From the NCBI GenBank assembly GCA_018664825.1, contig JABJNO010000017.1, forward strand, positions 50,743 to 114,742: a stretch of DNA of 64,000 nt, in the 5' to 3' direction. Position numbers and translations under genes: made by a program. This DNA is from Candidatus Parcubacteria bacterium. Its GTDB lineage: Bacteria; Patescibacteriota; Patescibacteriia; UBA1558; GWA2-36-10. The notes beneath the pieces are model-generated. The model searched no databases and was not told the origin of the DNA. It was given only the letters and a program-made list of their open reading frames with translations. This document shows, piece after piece, positions 44,418 through 53,107 of this stretch; the stretch's first letter is position 1; every line of letters begins with the position of its first letter.

Positions 44418-45813
44418 TAAGCATTGCTCTTGGAGTTTTGATTAAAATAATCATATCCAAAAGCAGTGACCAATTTTCAATATAAAATATATCTAGTTTA
44501 GCTTCTTCGGCAAAAAGTAAGTTGGCCCTACCTGATACTTGAGCCATACCGGTCATACCAGGTTTGATAGTCAAGAGTTTTTTATAACCCTTTTGATAAC
44601 GAGAGACTTCTTCTGGCTCATGTGGACGTGGCCCAACTAGGCTCATATTGCCTATTATGACGTTGAATAGCTGAGGTAACTCATCAAGAGAGGTTTTGCG
44701 TAGCCAACGACCAGCTTTTGTGACACGAGGGTCATTTTTTATTTTAAACAAAGGTCCGTCAGTGCGTTCATTTTGAGCCATGATGTCAGCTTTTAGCTTT
44801 TGAGCATCTTTGACCATAGAACGGAACTTGTACATTGTAAATATCCTACCCTTTCTACCTACACGAGACATTTTTACAAACACAGGACCTCTTGTGTCAG
44901 TTTTTATGAATATTGCAATCAAAATAAACAAAGGTGATAAAACTATAGTCAATAAAATAGAAACTATAATATCAAAAGTCCGCTTGGCAACTCGTCGCCA
45001 ACCATCAAGTGGTGTGCCTTGGATTTCTATGATTGGGATTCCGGCAATACTGTTGAGATCAATATTTAGATTTTGAGCTTGAAAAAGATTGGCTACATAA
45101 CGAAGAGTGATTTGATTTTCCTGACAAAAGGTAAGTAGGTTTAGAGCGTTATCTTTGTTGATTGAAGAATCAGATTGAAATATATTGTCTATTTCCTTTT
45201 CTTCAATCATTTGCATTGCTCCGGGATGACTCTGTAGTTGTTCTAGTGTTTCAAATTCATCTATTACTTTGAAACCTAGTTTTGGACGAGTATTATAATT
45301 TTCTACAATAATTTTTCGAGCAGACTCAGGACCTAGTACTATCACCCTAGCTAGACCTTTTCCTTTTTTTAAAAATAAATTTCTAACGGCGAAAACAAAT
45401 ATTCTAGATGTAAAGATATAAATAATACCAAGAGCCCAACTCAATATAATAATAAAACGGGAAGAAAATAATTCTCTTTGCCAAAATATAGCTAGCACAA
45501 TAAAAATAAGCAGAGTAGAAACTCCTGTGATTATCTGAGGCAATTCTCGGGCTAGTTTTTTGGTCTTCATAGTATAAAAACCAGATATAGCAAAAACAAT
45601 AATGGCGAATACAGCAATTTTTAAAATTAAAATTAAATACTCATCATAAGGCATTTCATAAAAAACAGGCCTCATATTGCTAATAAAATCAGAGAAACGC
45701 AAAAAATAGGCTGATATCCCAGCTAGGATTACCAGTCCAAAGTCTATAAAAACCAATGAAATATTGGTAATAAAATCGGCCTTTTTCATATATAAATAGT
45801 ACCATATTATCAA
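44401..45813 (-). CDS. Polyprenyl-phosphate hexose-1-phosphate transferase (WbaP/WcaJ-like priming sugar transferase)
   Basis: N-terminal transmembrane helices plus C-terminal RGPVFVKMSRVGRKGRIFTMYKFRSM...DELPQLFNV...LVGPRP. Confidence 0.85.
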   Translation of the reverse strand: MIIWYYLYMKKADFITNISLVFIDFGLVILAGISAYFLRFSDFISNMRPVFYEMPYDEYLILILKIAVFAIIVFAISGFYTMKTKKLARELPQIITGVSTLLIFIVLAIFWQRELFSSRFIIILSWALGIIYIFTSRIFVFAVRNLFLKKGKGLARVIVLGPESARKIIVENYNTRPKLGFKVIDEFETLEQLQSHPGAMQMIEEKEIDNIFQSDSSINKDNALNLLTFCQENQITLRYVANLFQAQNLNIDLNSIAGIPIIEIQGTPLDGWRRVAKRTFDIIVSILLTIVLSPLFILIAIFIKTDTRGPVFVKMSRVGRKGRIFTMYKFRSMVKDAQKLKADIMAQNERTDGPLFKIKNDPRVTKAGRWLRKTSLDELPQLFNVIIGNMSLVGPRPHEPEEVSRYQKGYKKLLTIKPGMTGMAQVSGRANLLFAEEAKLDIFYIENWSLLLDMIILIKTPRAMLSDDQT

Positions 45814-45825
45814 ATTTTAGCAATA

Positions 45826-46179
45826 AAAAAAGGCTTAAAACCTAATAAGCCGAATTCTGTACCCCGAAGGGCGGTAATCATCTATCTAGGATGTGTATTG
45901 CTACACATCTCAAGCAACCTACCCGTTCCATAAAGGAACCAACTTGGTCTTGCACCTAATAAAAGTTTACCTCTTTCGGTATGTCACCATACTGACGCGT
46001 TAGCTAATTATCTAACGTTTTCACCCTTATCCGCAAGCGGAAGGAATATTCTCTGTTGCACTTGTTCTATTACTAGCTCACACTAGCAACGGTTGGCGTT
46101 ACCAACTATCATTTAATGGTGTTCGGACTTTCCTCTCCCTGAGTAAACTCAGGCAGCGATTACCTTGGTTTTAAGCCTT
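45826..46179 (-). ncRNA. rnpB: RNase P RNA (bacterial type A-like)
   Basis: On the minus strand: P1 AAGGCUUAAAACC pairs with GGUUUUAAGCCUU; P4 5' strand GAGAGGAAAGUCCGAAC; AUAAGGGUGAAAACG; CCUAGAUAGAUGAUUACC; P4 3' strand GGGGUACAGAAUUCGGCUUAUUAGG; a U8 tail. Confidence 0.85.
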
Positions 46180-46215
46180 ATGCATATATATACCATATTT
46201 ATGATATTTTGTCAA

Positions 46216-46773
46216 CTATTTAGCTATTATTATTCTACCCCTAACTTGTCCATTACGTTCCAATTCCATGATCTTGTCTTCGGTAATTTTTTGGTATGAA
46301 TCAGGATTAAGATAGACGTCTCCTTCAATTACAATATTTTTAAAAAACATAGCTGGGTCAATATCACGATCTTTTAAAAATAAATCTCCCTTTAGTCGCA
46401 CCTCCATAAAAGATGAATCTTTTAGGCCCAGTTTATCTTGATTGGTAAACGCAAAGGCATTTAATTCTGAATAACTATCATCTATTGTTAATTTAAACAT
46501 GTGTCCACCTGGTTTTGCAAATCTAATATATTCCCCAGTATCAATACCTCCATAATTTTTGGAAACAATCTTTTGTATTTGCATATGTTTAACACGAGCA
46601 TTGACTTCATGCACTACAATATAAAAATTAGTTAGATTACTTTTAATTTCATAACTCATTTTACGGATATTTTCTCTAGTAAATTCATCGTTATAAAAAC
46701 TAGACATCTTTTCGAGGTAAGTTTGTAACTTTTGATAGAGTTGTTTTAATTTTGGGCAATGTTGTTTATCCAT
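46216..46773 (-). CDS. Array protein i: N-terminal Cys-helix module plus C-terminal LRR-like (KGDxxL) repeats
   Basis: MDKQHCPKLKQLYQKLQTYLEKM; C-terminus ELERNGQVRGRIIIA resembles that of members c and e. Confidence 0.5.
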   Translation of the reverse strand: MDKQHCPKLKQLYQKLQTYLEKMSSFYNDEFTRENIRKMSYEIKSNLTNFYIVVHEVNARVKHMQIQKIVSKNYGGIDTGEYIRFAKPGGHMFKLTIDDSYSELNAFAFTNQDKLGLKDSSFMEVRLKGDLFLKDRDIDPAMFFKNIVIEGDVYLNPDSYQKITEDKIMELERNGQVRGRIIIAK

Positions 46774-46776
46774 AAA

Positions 46777-47385
46777 CTATCCTTTCGTTTTCCAACCTTT
46801 AATTCTTTCATTATCTTTTAAATTGTCCAAAACCTGCCCACCTATATCTGATGCTTGTTTGGGTGACAAAACAATAAAACCATCAACGGTAAAATAACTT
46901 TGAACAACATTTATAAAATGTGGATGTACAAAATTTAAACTAGCAACGTCTAGATCACCTTTATAAACAATACTTACAGGTTTTAATATGGGGTCAGTTA
47001 GTCTATCCATATGCAAAAATAACCAAGATCTAAATGCAGGAGAGCCCTGGTTTATTATAAGTTCAGCATCTTTAGAATTGTAATCTAAGTATTTACTAGC
47101 CATCTCGGGACTAATGGGATCTACAATACCGGTTCCGGTAATTTTTTCTTCCCTCAAAAGAAGCTTTGATTGACTGTGTAAACGATCCATAAATTTTAAT
47201 ACTTCCAAAAGTTCATGAACAATATCATAATCATCCCCCATGTCTGCGTCTATATTTCGGAATTTAGCTATCCAGTCCTTACTGTTGTCACGAGTAAGCT
47301 CAATATTTTCTGGCAAACCCAAAAGCTCGGCTTGTTTTTTTAGCTTGGCAATATATTCATTGAGTTGTAAGCAAAATTTATTCAT
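46777..47385 (-). CDS. Array protein h: Cys-helix N-module plus KGD..FVH..DG C-module (family f/g/h)
   Basis: MNKFCLQLNEYIAKLKKQAELL; VYKGDLDVASLNFVHPHFINVVQSYFTVDGFIVLS. Confidence 0.5.
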   Translation of the reverse strand: MNKFCLQLNEYIAKLKKQAELLGLPENIELTRDNSKDWIAKFRNIDADMGDDYDIVHELLEVLKFMDRLHSQSKLLLREEKITGTGIVDPISPEMASKYLDYNSKDAELIINQGSPAFRSWLFLHMDRLTDPILKPVSIVYKGDLDVASLNFVHPHFINVVQSYFTVDGFIVLSPKQASDIGGQVLDNLKDNERIKGWKTKG

Positions 47386-47386
47386 A

Positions 47387-47965
47387 TTAATCTTCTAATC
47401 TATAATCATGTATTTGCCCCGTCCTTCGGGCATCCAATAAACTAGCCATGATACTTACGTTTGTTTTTTCTCTAGAAATAATTATATTAGCATCTATCAT
47501 AATAAAATCTGGCCATGGTTCTAAAACAATATCATCAAATCCTACGTCATTATTTATCAATACTTTTTTGATACCAAATTTCTTCAGCCTTGATCTGTCT
47601 TCATTAAAAAAATTAATAAGATGTGTTGTATAAAGATTTTCGGGAACATTGCTCAAAATCAACATCTCATTTTCTAGTGTGGTATTTTTATCAAATATTT
47701 TATGAAATGCCACTAAACTGCCAATAGTCATTGTTTCCCCTTCAGATTTAAAGGCTTTTCTAGCATATTTTATTAGCTCACTACCCAAAAGGTCCTTTCC
47801 CATGGATAATCCTACAATTTTATCTATGTTTATTAAGATAGAATTTTTTGTAGCATGAGCTATATCAAAATCACCAATTTTTAAAGCTTCAGCAAGGCTT
47901 ATAAAAAGTTTTTGAGCATTAACTATATATCCTCTAGCTTTTTTACATTTTTGTTTTTTTGTCAT
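47387..47965 (-). CDS. Array protein g (PWPDF family)
   Basis: KQKCKKARGYIVNAQKLFISLAEAL; LINFFNEDRS...EPWPDFIMID. Confidence 0.5.
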   Translation of the reverse strand: MTKKQKCKKARGYIVNAQKLFISLAEALKIGDFDIAHATKNSILINIDKIVGLSMGKDLLGSELIKYARKAFKSEGETMTIGSLVAFHKIFDKNTTLENEMLILSNVPENLYTTHLINFFNEDRSRLKKFGIKKVLINNDVGFDDIVLEPWPDFIMIDANIIISREKTNVSIMASLLDARRTGQIHDYRLED

Positions 47966-48588
47966 CCTACAATTTTATAATCCTTTATAAATCCCTTTCT
48001 TTTGTGGTGCTCCAAAATATTCATAGCATCATCATTTCCATCTATTTGTTCTTGACCCACTATCAGTGTACCATCTGTGTGTACAAAATCAGGCCAAGGC
48101 TTTGTATGAACCCACGCAAAAGAAACGTCGCCCTTAAATTTTAATGTCTTTACTGCAAACTTTTTTTGTCTTTGTCCTATTTTATCAAAACTAAGTCCTG
48201 TTCCTGAAAAAAAATTAATCAAATTGGCAATAAACTTTGGATCACCCATATTTTTTATTTCCAATGTCGCATCATCTTCAAAATTAACATGTCTCAAAAC
48301 GCTCATGCTCAAATTTTTTTCAACTTCAGGTGATATTTCTTTTCCTTCTTTTTTCTTGTCTTCCTCTATGTAGGCCCTAAAATCCTCAGTAAAACCTATT
48401 TTTGTAAGTATTTTTTTGGCGTCGATGATGTTTATGAGAACCTCTTTTTTGAATAAACCAATAGAGGGTGCCCCACCTCCTTGTTTGTACTCAGCCACGC
48501 TAGCCAAAGCCAAGTCATAATGATACTTGGCTTGCCCAAGGTAATCCTTTAAAGCAAGGCAATATAATTCTTTAGTTGATTTATCCAT
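47962..48588 (-). CDS. Array protein f (PWPDF family)
   Basis: KELYCLALKDYLGQAKYHYDLALASV; LINFFSGTGL...KPWPDFVHTDGTLIV; 4-nt overlap. Confidence 0.5.
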   Translation of the reverse strand: MDKSTKELYCLALKDYLGQAKYHYDLALASVAEYKQGGGAPSIGLFKKEVLINIIDAKKILTKIGFTEDFRAYIEEDKKKEGKEISPEVEKNLSMSVLRHVNFEDDATLEIKNMGDPKFIANLINFFSGTGLSFDKIGQRQKKFAVKTLKFKGDVSFAWVHTKPWPDFVHTDGTLIVGQEQIDGNDDAMNILEHHKRKGFIKDYKIVG

Positions 48589-49195
48589 TGTTGTATATTA
48601 CATTTTTACTTCTTATCCTGCCGTCAGCTACTGCTTGTTCGGCTATATCTTTTAGCTTGTATGAGCAAGCTAGTGTATTGCAGTTTAGGTCTACGGGCAA
48701 TTCTGTTATATTCGTATCACTAATATCCAACGTTCCCCTTACTGTCAAATTTCTTGGTAATTTTTTGACTCCTGTACCTTTTAGGCCTAGCGTACCTTTT
48801 ATAGTAAGGCTAGAGGGTAATTCTATAACCTCTTTTTGGTCAGTTAAATATAGATCGTTATTAAAGGTAGGTTTATTGAAATCATCAAATTTTAGATACT
48901 TTATCAAAACATTATGATCTAGAAAATTTTCAAGCCAATCAAAGACTCGCGTTCGAGCAGTAATCAAAGTAAAGGCAGTTTTTACTTTTTGATTAAATCC
49001 TTTTATACGCATATCGGCCTCAGTAAAATCTTTAGTGACAACTATATTGGGAATATCAGTAGAAAAACTAACCAACTCCTCTGCTGCCCACTCCAAATCT
49101 GTACGAGCTTTATCACAAAGCTGTATTCTTTCCATTTTTTCTTGAGCAGTCTTAACTTTATTTCTATCTTTCCATGCTTTATCAAAATCTGACAT
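48581..49195 (-). CDS. Array protein e (LRR-like repeat family)
   Basis: IQLCDKARTDLEWAAEEL; 20-aa repeats LPSSLTIKGTLGLKGTGVKK / LPRNLTVRGTLDISDTNITE / LPVDLN... Confidence 0.5.
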   Translation of the reverse strand: MSDFDKAWKDRNKVKTAQEKMERIQLCDKARTDLEWAAEELVSFSTDIPNIVVTKDFTEADMRIKGFNQKVKTAFTLITARTRVFDWLENFLDHNVLIKYLKFDDFNKPTFNNDLYLTDQKEVIELPSSLTIKGTLGLKGTGVKKLPRNLTVRGTLDISDTNITELPVDLNCNTLACSYKLKDIAEQAVADGRIRSKNVIYNNG

Positions 49196-49196
49196 A

Positions 49197-49427
49197 TTAT
49201 GACATATTTTTAATATTTCTTATTCTACTACGCATATGTCCAATATTCCACTTTAAAGATGCGAGGTATGGTTTGGCACTTTGGTTGAATAGCAATTTAC
49301 TTCTACTCTCAGCCGTGGCTTTGATAGCACGTCCAAAATCTTCAATAATATCCTTATTTGCTGCAATAGAATTCTTCACAAATTGACATCGTTCTGATTT
49401 TAGTTGGTTTTTTGTTTGTTTATTCAT
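49197..49427 (-). CDS. Array protein d (76 aa, N-module only)
   Basis: SERCQFVKNSIAANKDIIEDF. Confidence 0.45.
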   Translation of the reverse strand: MNKQTKNQLKSERCQFVKNSIAANKDIIEDFGRAIKATAESRSKLLFNQSAKPYLASLKWNIGHMRSRIRNIKNMS

Positions 49428-49430
49428 AAA

Positions 49431-49997
49431 TTAGGCTACAATTATTTTGCCTGCTATCTTGCCAGCATCCTTTAGTCTTTGGGCTTCTTTTAGCTGATTT
49501 TTATTTACACTTATACCTCCTTGTACTTCCAATGTATCAGGAAGGTGTCCTATACCTGACATTTCTATCCGTAAAGTACCCTTGATTACTAAATTTTCCG
49601 GCAATGATTTTATAGCTATATTGTCAACATTTAAATCTGTATATATGTATATATTTTTAGCTTCATACGCCACATTCTGCATTTCCCATTTACCAAATTT
49701 ATCATCAACAGCTCTTGGCCATAAATCTTTCAAAAACCTCCTAAAAGCTGCACTACTATGTGCCCTTAGCTCCTTTTCAATAGATTTTCGTTTATTTCTT
49801 AACTCTTTTATTCCAAAAACAAGCACCGATAAATACCGCTGAAATGGCTCAGATCTTTTATTTTTAATAGCATTATCTAGTGCGTGCTCAAAAACCCCCA
49901 AGTTACCTTTGACTGATGAAATAATACCTTTAGCCTCCTGACACAATTGAGGGAGTGGTATTGGTTTTTTTTCTTGTTCTTCTTGTCCTGGATGCAT
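49431..49997 (-). CDS. Array protein c (LRR-like repeat family)
   Basis: PQLCQEAKGIISSVKGNLGVFEHAL; repeats LPENLVIKGTLRIEMSGIGH / LPDTLEVQGGISVNKNQLKE; C-terminus GKIAGKIIVA. Confidence 0.5.
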   Translation of the reverse strand: MHPGQEEQEKKPIPLPQLCQEAKGIISSVKGNLGVFEHALDNAIKNKRSEPFQRYLSVLVFGIKELRNKRKSIEKELRAHSSAAFRRFLKDLWPRAVDDKFGKWEMQNVAYEAKNIYIYTDLNVDNIAIKSLPENLVIKGTLRIEMSGIGHLPDTLEVQGGISVNKNQLKEAQRLKDAGKIAGKIIVA

Positions 49998-49998
49998 A

Positions 49999-50265
49999 TT
50001 AAAATTTCTTTAAAAAATTTTCATCATCTTTATCAATATCTACTGTTATGACATCTTTACTAAAAACAAATAAAGGGTCAATGTTATCTATTACTAAATT
50101 AATTATTTTGCCTTTTTCAACTACAAAAACCCTTTTTGATTCTTTTAATTCTCCTGAATCTTTTGGATTCGGCACTAATTCATCAAAGGCTTGTCTAGTA
50201 ATCTTTAATTGATAATAAAGTTGTCGGCATTTTTTGGTTCTATGTTTTGATCTACCTTTATCCAT
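49999..50265 (-). CDS. Array protein b (88 aa; NPKD family)
   Basis: KKCRQLYYQLKITRQAFDELVPNPKD. Confidence 0.45.
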   Translation of the reverse strand: MDKGRSKHRTKKCRQLYYQLKITRQAFDELVPNPKDSGELKESKRVFVVEKGKIINLVIDNIDPLFVFSKDVITVDIDKDDENFLKKF

Positions 50266-50482
50266 TTTTTTTGTTTATTATCATACTATGCCTAGCAAGC
50301 TCAAAGCCAGGACAACTAATTTCTACCAAGTTGGTTAACATATTTATTTCTTTGTCATAATCTTCACCAAAAAAATTTAAAAGTTTGTCTTTTGGATTCA
50401 AGGGTATTTTTTCTAGAGCACTTTTAGCATTTCCTAATTGAGCATAGAGTGTGACGCATCTATTCTTTTTATCTCTAAGCAT
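50258..50482 (-). CDS. Array protein a (74 aa; NPKD family)
   Basis: NRCVTLYAQLGNAKSALEKIPLNPKD; overlaps b by 8 nt. Confidence 0.45.
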   Translation of the reverse strand: MLRDKKNRCVTLYAQLGNAKSALEKIPLNPKDKLLNFFGEDYDKEINMLTNLVEISCPGFELARHSMIINKKNG

Positions 50483-50483
50483 A

Positions 50484-51578
50484 TTATTTCAAAATAAAAT
50501 CTAAAGTTTCTCTAGCACATTTTTCCCAAGAAAACTGACGAGATCTTTGTAATCCTTTGATAGCCAATGTTTCTTGAAGCTTTTCATCAGTTGTTATTTT
50601 ATCCATCTTTTGAGCAATATCATCTATGTTGTCAGGATCAAAATAAAGCGCTGAATCAACAGCAACCTCTCTAAAAACAGGTATATCAGAGGCCAAAATT
50701 GGCACCTTACAGGCCATTGCTTCTATAAGTGGTATCCCAAAGCCCTCAAACTTACTAGGAAACACAAAGGCTCGCGCAGAAGCCATAAGTCTCGGGTAGT
50801 TGGCTTGACTGACATAGCCCAATATTATTATATCATCTTTTATTTCAGGATCATTGGCCAATCTCTCTATCTCGTCATAACCAAAATTACCAGGTCTACC
50901 ACCAAGCACCAATGGCCATTTACGATTTGTCTTTTTATAAGCCTTTATCAAATTGGCCACATTTTTTTTGGTTTCTAGTCGTCCGATATATAAAAAGAAG
51001 TCATCGGGCAAATCATGAATATCAATAAATTGCATTTTTTCATGTTTTTCCAAAATTTTAAAAGTGTCAGCATTGTATCCTAGATGAGTCACCTTTATTT
51101 CCTCTTTGTACTTTGGAAAATATTTTTTGATATCTTTTTTTGTAGCTTCTGATACTGTAACTATCTTTTTGGCTTTTTTGACTGCAAGCTTATGAGATAT
51201 CTGCTGGTATATTCTTTCTAGTGGATGATATAGTTCTGGGTTTCGGAAAAAACCTAAATCATGGATAGTGACTATCACCTCACCCTTTGTAAGTAGTGGT
51301 ACAGCATTGCTAGCAAAAAATTTATCAACTGGATTTTTGATTAGTTCCAAACTCAGGCGCATGTGTGTCCAAAACTTTTTGAAAGGCCAGGGCAAGTTTT
51401 TGATAACAAAATTAGCTGGCGTTTCTTTGAGAGCGTCAGCTAAAATATTATTATAATAGACCACAAATTTATTCTCGTGGTCAAGTTTTTTGAATTGTTG
51501 CAAAAGGTGCCAAGCATACCATTCGGTGCCGGTCTTATATTTTTTGTTTGCCCGGGTTGCTTCTAGACCTATAGTCAT
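50484..51578 (-). CDS. Glycosyltransferase family 4 (GT-B)
   Basis: EGFGIPLIEAMACKVPILASD. Confidence 0.8.
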   Translation of the reverse strand: MTIGLEATRANKKYKTGTEWYAWHLLQQFKKLDHENKFVVYYNNILADALKETPANFVIKNLPWPFKKFWTHMRLSLELIKNPVDKFFASNAVPLLTKGEVIVTIHDLGFFRNPELYHPLERIYQQISHKLAVKKAKKIVTVSEATKKDIKKYFPKYKEEIKVTHLGYNADTFKILEKHEKMQFIDIHDLPDDFFLYIGRLETKKNVANLIKAYKKTNRKWPLVLGGRPGNFGYDEIERLANDPEIKDDIIILGYVSQANYPRLMASARAFVFPSKFEGFGIPLIEAMACKVPILASDIPVFREVAVDSALYFDPDNIDDIAQKMDKITTDEKLQETLAIKGLQRSRQFSWEKCARETLDFILK

Positions 51579-51590
51579 TTGCTTTAAAAT

Positions 51591-52604
51591 TTATTTTGCA
51601 GATAAAATACTTCGTTTGTATGATTCCAAATTTTCGAGGGCTATTCCAGTACCCCTGGCCACACACAACAATGCGTCATCAGCTACATAAGCAGGTACTC
51701 CAGTTGCCTGTGACAAAAGCTTGTCCATGTTGCGTAGTAGTGATGTACCACCAGACAATACCATACCCTTATCCATAATGTCGGCTGATAGTTCGGGAGG
51801 AGTTTGATACAAGACAGATTTTACAGCAGATATCAATCCTTGGAGCTCATTTTGTAGAGCCTCAGTGACATCATCAGAGTTTACAATGATAGTTTTTGGT
51901 AAACCAGTGACCATATCTCTACCTTTTATTTCCATGTCTATTTTTTCATCTTTGGGTAAATATTGTGCAGAGCCAATTTTTATTTTTACATCTTCAGCAG
52001 TTCTCTCACCAATAGCCAAATTATATTTTTTCTTTATATACTCACCAATAGCAAGGTCATATTTGTTACCACCAATCCGAACTGAAGTGTTGGCTACAAC
52101 ACCACCCAGGGATATTACTGCAATTTCACTAGTACCTCCACCCATATCAACAATCATATGACCACTAGCACTACCAATAGGAATATCAGCTCCTATAGCA
52201 GCCGCGATAGGCTCTTTGATGATATAAGCTGCTTTTGCACCAGCATTTAGAGTGGCGTCAATCACAGCTCTTCGTTCGGTAGATGTGATACCAGCAGGTA
52301 CAGCAATCATGACTTCAGGACGAAAAATCTTCATACCACCAACTGCTTTGTTGATAAAGTATTTAAGCATGTTTTCGGTAGTTTTGTAATCAGCTATTAC
52401 TCCGTTTTTTAAAGGGCGAGAAGCAACGATAGAATCGGGTGTCCGACCAATCATTTCTTTGGCTTCGTCCCCTACTGCCATTACTTTTTTATCCAAAACA
52501 GACATAGCTACCACAGATGGCTCATGTATTACAATCCCACGTTTTGGTATATAGACCAAAGTATAAGTTGTTCCTAGATCAATGCCTATTTTTTTTATAA
52601 ACAT
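51591..52604 (-). CDS. mreB: MreB-family actin homolog (second copy, Mbl/MreBH-like)
   Basis: GIDLGTTYTLVY, DMGGGTSEIAVISLGG and the actin-fold phosphate and adenosine motifs. Confidence 0.85.
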   Translation of the reverse strand: MFIKKIGIDLGTTYTLVYIPKRGIVIHEPSVVAMSVLDKKVMAVGDEAKEMIGRTPDSIVASRPLKNGVIADYKTTENMLKYFINKAVGGMKIFRPEVMIAVPAGITSTERRAVIDATLNAGAKAAYIIKEPIAAAIGADIPIGSASGHMIVDMGGGTSEIAVISLGGVVANTSVRIGGNKYDLAIGEYIKKKYNLAIGERTAEDVKIKIGSAQYLPKDEKIDMEIKGRDMVTGLPKTIIVNSDDVTEALQNELQGLISAVKSVLYQTPPELSADIMDKGMVLSGGTSLLRNMDKLLSQATGVPAYVADDALLCVARGTGIALENLESYKRSILSAK

Positions 52605-52605
52605 A

Positions 52606-53064
52606 CTAATTTATCTCCAAAACTTTATAATGAGTCACCCCGCTTGGTAATTCAACTTCGATGATGTCACCTATCTTTTTATCCATAAGCGCTTCACCTA
52701 TTGGAGACTCTAGAGAAATTCTATTGTTTGCAGGATCTGCTTCTGTACTACCAACAATAGTAAATTCAGATTGAAGGCCGTCTTTTTCTACTTTTACCTT
52801 ACAGCCCACCCCAACAGTTTCTCCTCCGCTATTTGCTTGTACAATAGTAGATGTCTTGGTCAGGTGCTCAAGTTCCATGATTCTACCCTCAATAAAAGCC
52901 CGTTCTTCTTTGGCTTCTTGATATTCTGCATTTTCGGATAAATCTCCATATTCTTTAGCAGTTTTTATACGTTCAGCAACGCGAATACGACCATCTGTCT
53001 TTAGACCTTCTAACTCTAGCATTAATTTATCAAACCCTTCTTGGGTTAATACCTTTTTACTCAT
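52606..53064 (-). CDS. greA: Transcription elongation factor GreA
   Basis: N-terminal coiled-coil with the GDLSENAEY motif; C-terminal FKBP-like domain. Confidence 0.9.
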   Translation of the reverse strand: MSKKVLTQEGFDKLMLELEGLKTDGRIRVAERIKTAKEYGDLSENAEYQEAKEERAFIEGRIMELEHLTKTSTIVQANSGGETVGVGCKVKVEKDGLQSEFTIVGSTEADPANNRISLESPIGEALMDKKIGDIIEVELPSGVTHYKVLEIN

Positions 53065-53107
53065 AATGTTTTATTTCTTTCTTAAATGTAAATTAAATAT
53101 TATCAAA

